A DNA stretch of 10,720 nucleotides from Polyangiales bacterium (GTDB lineage: Bacteria; Myxococcota_A; Polyangia; Polyangiales; Polyangiaceae). The notes under the pieces were generated by a model. It did no database searches. It was not told where the DNA came from and saw nothing but the letters and a program-made list of their open reading frames with translations. Positions 6,869-10,720 of the stretch are shown one piece after another. The stretch covers positions 1 through 10,720 of the forward strand of contig JBBRNJ010000139.1 in assembly GCA_038230375.1 (NCBI GenBank), in the 5' to 3' direction. How positions within the stretch are numbered: position 1 is the stretch's first letter; each line of letters starts with the position of its first letter. A program made the position numbers and the translations under genes.

Positions 6869-7941
6869 CACCCACCAAGATCAAAGTCGTCCTCGTCGGT
6901 CTCGGTCGGATGGGCAATAACCACCTGCGCGTTCTGCGCGAGACTCCCGGTTTTCAGCTCGTCGCCGTGGTCGACGCGCAGTTCTCACCCCCTACCCCCG
7001 TCACGCGCACGGACCTCGGCGATGTGCCATCGTTCCCTAGCGTCGCCGAGCTCGCAGCCTCCGCGCTCGCCTTCGACGCCGCCGTCATCGCGACCCCGAC
7101 CGCGACGCACCACGAGGTCGCGCTCGCGATCATCGCGCTCGGCAAGCACCTGCTCGTCGAGAAGCCCATTGCGAGCACGTTCGTGCAGGGCCGTGAGGTC
7201 CTCGCGGCGGCCCATGCGAAGGGCGTGAAGCTCGTCGTCGGTCACGTCGAGCGCTTCAATCCCGCGGTGCGGAAGCTGCGCGAGATCATCCGAGAGGGCT
7301 ACCTCGGCACGGCCATCCATTTCTCGTTCACGCGCGTTGGCGGCTATCCCGACACGGTCCTCTCGGGGAACAACGTCATTCTCGATCTGGCGGTGCACGA
7401 CATCGACGTGCTGCGCAGCCTGGTCGGCGCGGTGAAGCTCGAGCACTCGATGTGTCACGTGACGTGGCGCGAGAACGTCTTCGACACCGCGGAGATCTTC
7501 CTCGCGGCGGGGACTGGCGCGAGCGCCACGGTGCACGTCAACTGGATCACGCCCACGAAGATCCGAAGCATCCGCGTCACGGGCACGCGCGGCGTCTGCT
7601 TCGTCGACTACATGCTGCAGACCTGCGAGCTGCTCGGCGGCAGCCTGCTCGAGAAGCACGATCAGCCGCGGGTCACGAACTTCGAGGGCCTCCAGGAGCT
7701 CTATCGCACGACCGATCGCATCCAGTTCGGCGTGCGCAAGGAGGAGCCACTGCGCGCGCAGGCGAACCAGTTCTATCGCTTCCTGACCGACGGCGACACC
7801 GGCGAGCTCTGCATGGGTAGCGATGCCCTGGCGGCCGTCCTGCTCGCGGAGCGCGCGGTGCAGGTCGATCAGAGTCGCGAGCGACCGAAGACGATACCGC
7901 CGAGCGCCACGATGCCAACCGTCGACGACGAGTGGGTCTAG
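6865..7941 (+). CDS. Gfo/Idh/MocA NAD-dependent oxidoreductase (WbpB/GnnA-like nucleotide-sugar 3-dehydrogenase; 358 aa)
   Basis: Rossmann VGLGRMG, IATPTATH, LLVEKPIA, VGHVERFNPAV, DLAVHDID; ATGA overlap with the aminotransferase stop. Confidence 0.9.
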   Translation: MTPTKIKVVLVGLGRMGNNHLRVLRETPGFQLVAVVDAQFSPPTPVTRTDLGDVPSFPSVAELAASALAFDAAVIATPTATHHEVALAIIALGKHLLVEKPIASTFVQGREVLAAAHAKGVKLVVGHVERFNPAVRKLREIIREGYLGTAIHFSFTRVGGYPDTVLSGNNVILDLAVHDIDVLRSLVGAVKLEHSMCHVTWRENVFDTAEIFLAAGTGASATVHVNWITPTKIRSIRVTGTRGVCFVDYMLQTCELLGGSLLEKHDQPRVTNFEGLQELYRTTDRIQFGVRKEEPLRAQANQFYRFLTDGDTGELCMGSDALAAVLLAERAVQVDQSRERPKTIPPSATMPTVDDEWV

Positions 7942-7951
7942 GGGTCGCGAA

Positions 7952-8470
7952 ATGGTGGGGAAGGTCGTCACCGAGTACAAGAAGCTCAAGCCGTACTTCT
8001 CGCTCCTTGATTTCGGCGGCCCGCCGACGACGCGCGTAGCGTGGGTCGTTCGCGTCTGCGTGTTCAGCTTCGGCGCGGTCCTGCTCTGGAAGCGCGTGAG
8101 CGCCACCGCGGCGCCGCTGCTCAATGCCAAGCCGCCGATCGCGATCCCGAACGAGGAGATCGAGGACTATCGCTTCCGCCTGCCGGAGCGCACCCGGCGC
8201 GAGATCTTCGCGGAGATCGCCGAGGCCGAGCAGACCGAGCGCGCGCACGCGATCCAGAGAAACAGCTGGAACGGGCATCTATGGTCACGCGAGGACGATC
8301 GCGGTCACGTCGAGCGCGTCTTCTTCCGCCAGCTGGCGCAGAAGTACAGCATCAGCCTCACGCAGGTCTATTTGATCCTCGACGAGGGCATCCGCGCCAA
8401 ATGGCCTGGACCTGACGGCGCGGCGCTGCCTGCCACCACCCCTCCGCTCAACCCGAGGTCGACGTGGTGA
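7952..8470 (+). CDS. Hypothetical single-TM protein (172 aa)
   Basis: ATG 7952 lies 10 bp after the oxidoreductase stop, with AGGGG 7 nt upstream. High-GC3 codon usage, one hydrophobic stretch (VAWVVRVCVFSFGAVLLW), helical charged domain. Its stop overlaps the next start (GTGA). Confidence 0.75.
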   Translation: MVGKVVTEYKKLKPYFSLLDFGGPPTTRVAWVVRVCVFSFGAVLLWKRVSATAAPLLNAKPPIAIPNEEIEDYRFRLPERTRREIFAEIAEAEQTERAHAIQRNSWNGHLWSREDDRGHVERVFFRQLAQKYSISLTQVYLILDEGIRAKWPGPDGAALPATTPPLNPRSTW

Positions 8471-10488
8471 AGCGCGTCGCGCACTGGATGCAGCGCGTCG
8501 CGCGCTGGATGAAGCAAGTGATCGCGCAGCACGATCCCACTCCCGGTGACACGGGCATCTTCGAGCATACGAGCCGCTGGATTGATCGTCTCGCCAGCAT
8601 CACGTTGATCCGTTTGCTGGTGTGGGTCGCCGTCGCCGCGTGGGTCCATCAAGGCATCTACTCGGATGCGTTCAAGCTCGCGGAGTGGATGGACGACCAC
8701 GCGTTCAACGCGATGGAGGAGGGCGATCGCATGACCCTCCTGCGCTGGGGTCAGATCCCGGCCTGGAACCCGTACTGGTGCGGTGGCACGGTCGGCGTCT
8801 CCGGTCCCGAGGATCCGTTCTTCGGCCCCGACTTCCTCCTGCGGATCGCGTTCGGCGTCTCGCACGGTCGGCGCCTCGCGATCTTGCTCCTCGTGGTCCT
8901 GGGCTTCGAGGGCATGTACTGCCTGTGCCGGCGTCTCGACGCGAGCGTGATGGCCGCGGGCTTCGCCGCCGTCGTCTTCGGGACGTGCGATCGCTACGTG
9001 AGCTTCATCCACGACGGCTGGGTGCACTTCCTCGGCTGCGAGCTCATCCCCTGGGTGTGCCTCTGCTTCTTGAAGGGGCTCGAGTCGTGGCGCTGGAGGC
9101 TGCTGGGAGGCTTCTTTTTCGCGTGGATCGTGCTCTCGGCGGGCACCTACACGACGCCGTTCACGTTGCTCATGCTCGCTTACGTGACGGCGGCGTTCAG
9201 CGCCCGACGTCTCTTTGCGAAGCCGCCGCCAGGCGCCGCGGGAGCACCGCGCGCGTGGCTCACGCCGTGGGTCGCGACCGGGACCATCGGGGTCGTCGCG
9301 CTCGGCCTCGCATTCGGCAAGCTGCTCCCGACGTTCGCGTTCCTGCGGCAGTTCCCGCGCGTGTTCACGCCCGTCGAGCAGCACGGCCTCGCGGAGATGT
9401 TCGGTCCGTTCGCCATCAAGTACGGGCTGGTCGTGGTCCTCGCGCTCGTTGCGCTGGTGACGGCCGATGCGGCGGCGGCGCTCTTCTTCGGCGGCGCGAT
9501 GCTCTTCTTCGCGCTCTCGATGGGCGATTTCAGCGTGTACTCGCCCTTCCACATCCTGAAGTCGCTCCCGATCTTCTCGCAGCTGCGCTTCCCGGATCGC
9601 TACATGGTCCTGGTCCTGTTCTTCACCTGCATCTGCGCAGCGCGAGGGATCACGCGCATCGAGGACGCGCTACCCGCGGCTGCGTGCCGGATCTGGGTTG
9701 CGCTGCGCAGCACGTGGAGGCGCCTTCGCAAGAGGCCCGCGGCCGACGTGCCACGCGCCACAGAGCAGGTCCCGCGCGAGGTCGTGTGGGCGGCGGTGGC
9801 GCTGGCCGCCTATTGCTCGTACAGCGTGATGCGGCCGCAAGCGGAGCGCATCCTCGAGATGGTGCGCATCCGGCCCGGACAGATGTACGTCGAGGAGCCG
9901 CCGCGTCCGTACGACCAGCCGTTCCGTCAGCATCGCGGCAACCGGCGCGACGAGCACATCTTCCCGTACGCGAACATGGGCACCATCACTTGCGTCGCCG
10001 GCAATCCGCTGCCCGAGTCGCCGCTGCTGCGCGGCGATCTGCCGGCGGAGGAGTATCCGCTCGACCCGGCGAAGGCGACCGTGAAGCGCCTCTCGTGGTC
10101 GCCGAACGAGATCGAGCTCGAGGTCGACGCGAAAGAGGCGACCAGCGTCTACGTGAATCAGAACTGGGCGCCGGAGTGGCGCAGCAGCGTCGGCGAGGTG
10201 AAGAGCGTCGAAAAATTGCTCACGGTCGATGTGCCGGCGGGCAAATACCACCTCGTGGTGGCGTACCGCGATCGGCGCCTCATGTTCTGCCTGCTCGTCT
10301 CGCTGGCCTCGTTCCTCGGGCTTCTCTTCGTGGCGTTGCGTGAGGGCTATCGTTGGGTGAAGGACGAAACGGTCCGCTGGGGCACCCTCCCCACGTGGCC
10401 CGACCAGCTCCCGTCGGCTGCTACTACCGACGAACCCGAACCGGAACCGTCGCCAGACGAGTCAGAAACGTCTCAAGACGAGACCTGA
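8467..10488 (+). CDS. YfhO-like multi-pass membrane protein, putative GT-C glycosyltransferase (673 aa)
   Basis: Acidic WMDDH after TM1, IPAWNPYWCGG, many TM helices, QLRFPDRY, a C-terminal beta-rich domain SPNEIELEV...VNQNWAPEW...VDVPAGKYHLVVAYR followed by a last TM, the usual YfhO-like architecture. Start GTG 8467 (or 8464). Confidence 0.75.
   Translation: MKRVAHWMQRVARWMKQVIAQHDPTPGDTGIFEHTSRWIDRLASITLIRLLVWVAVAAWVHQGIYSDAFKLAEWMDDHAFNAMEEGDRMTLLRWGQIPAWNPYWCGGTVGVSGPEDPFFGPDFLLRIAFGVSHGRRLAILLLVVLGFEGMYCLCRRLDASVMAAGFAAVVFGTCDRYVSFIHDGWVHFLGCELIPWVCLCFLKGLESWRWRLLGGFFFAWIVLSAGTYTTPFTLLMLAYVTAAFSARRLFAKPPPGAAGAPRAWLTPWVATGTIGVVALGLAFGKLLPTFAFLRQFPRVFTPVEQHGLAEMFGPFAIKYGLVVVLALVALVTADAAAALFFGGAMLFFALSMGDFSVYSPFHILKSLPIFSQLRFPDRYMVLVLFFTCICAARGITRIEDALPAAACRIWVALRSTWRRLRKRPAADVPRATEQVPREVVWAAVALAAYCSYSVMRPQAERILEMVRIRPGQMYVEEPPRPYDQPFRQHRGNRRDEHIFPYANMGTITCVAGNPLPESPLLRGDLPAEEYPLDPAKATVKRLSWSPNEIELEVDAKEATSVYVNQNWAPEWRSSVGEVKSVEKLLTVDVPAGKYHLVVAYRDRRLMFCLLVSLASFLGLLFVALREGYRWVKDETVRWGTLPTWPDQLPSAATTDEPEPEPSPDESETSQDET
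8471..8512 (+). repeat. 21-bp tandem duplication (2 copies) encoding KRVAHWM-QRVARWM
   Basis: agcgcgtcgcgcactggatgc / agcgcgtcgcgcgctggatga, 19/21 identical. Confidence 0.85.
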
Positions 10489-10649
10489 AAGCCCGTTCTC
10501 GGTCGTGCTCACCTCCAGGAGTGTGGTGGTTTTCGTCGAGACCAAGCGAGGCCAAGGAGGCCGAGGGAGCCGTACTCCTGTCTCATGGCTCAACGCACTC
10601 GCACAGTAAAAGTACCGTGTGGAAATAACTGGGCAAATTAGGCTCCATT

Positions 10650-10693
10650 TTGCACGTGCAGCGCGCGCGTTGTCATGATCTCTAGGAGTCATG
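10650..10693 (+). promoter_or_regulatory. Putative promoter/RBS for the next gene (TTGCAC-N18-CATGAT, AGGAG) with dyads
   Basis: AT-rich tract 10606-10651 upstream; TTGCAC 10650-10655; TGt-CATGAT 10671-10679; AGGAG 10684-10688; palindrome TGCACGTGCA 10651-10660; CATGA-N10-TCATG dyad 10674-10693. Confidence 0.4.
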
Positions 10694-10720
10694 CTCGATG
10701 ACATCGCCGTGGCCTCTCTC
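10691..10720 (+). CDS. Possible 5' end of a downstream gene (MLDDIAVASL...; alternative ATG 10698 in another frame)
   Basis: ATGs follow AGGAG and the promoter-like elements and the frames run off the window; too short to verify. Confidence 0.3.
   Translation, partial: MLDDIAVASL

Noticed and set aside
906..10343. Long alternative-frame or antisense ORFs (906..2444, 352..1137, 3972..4688, 4829..5509, 6985..8130, 8368..9552, 8622..10343)
   Set aside because: Arg/Ala/Gly-rich shadows of genes with high GC3; no recognisable motifs; they overlap well-supported CDSs.
10489..10600. Possible terminator after the YfhO-like gene, and small ORFs 10353..10628 and 10462..10704
   Set aside because: Only 4-bp stems (ctcc-a-ggag, ggag-ccgta-ctcc) without a proper U-tract; the ORFs lack coding-like composition and overlap the CDS end.

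Overview
GC-rich bacterial window holding a cell-surface glycan biosynthesis/modification locus; there are no RNA genes, mobile elements or CRISPR arrays. Left to right: the 3' part of a WecE/RffA-type dTDP-4-amino-sugar transaminase (+); a converging minus-strand block transcribed as GT2 (DPM1/ALG5-like polyprenol-P glycosyltransferase), class I SAM methyltransferase, a decayed duplicate of that methyltransferase, LPG_synthase_TM/UPF0104 flippase-like protein, and a Cys-rich GT-C-like multi-pass membrane protein; then a divergent plus-strand block of DegT aminotransferase, Gfo/Idh/MocA oxidoreductase (WbpE/WbpB- or GnnB/GnnA-like pair), a 172-aa unknown single-TM protein and a YfhO-like GT-C membrane protein. 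Together these look like a lipid-carrier 'load-flip-transfer' glycosylation system for modified amino sugars (inference). The most striking sequence-level feature is a 46-bp direct repeat (3895-3940 vs 4811-4856) that reads as a sigma70-like promoter (TTGTCG-N17-TACCGT-N7-GTG). It stays intact in front of a collapsed methyltransferase pseudogene whose last codons supply the Shine-Dalgarno of the flippase-like gene. Several start codons were re-called relative to the ORF track.
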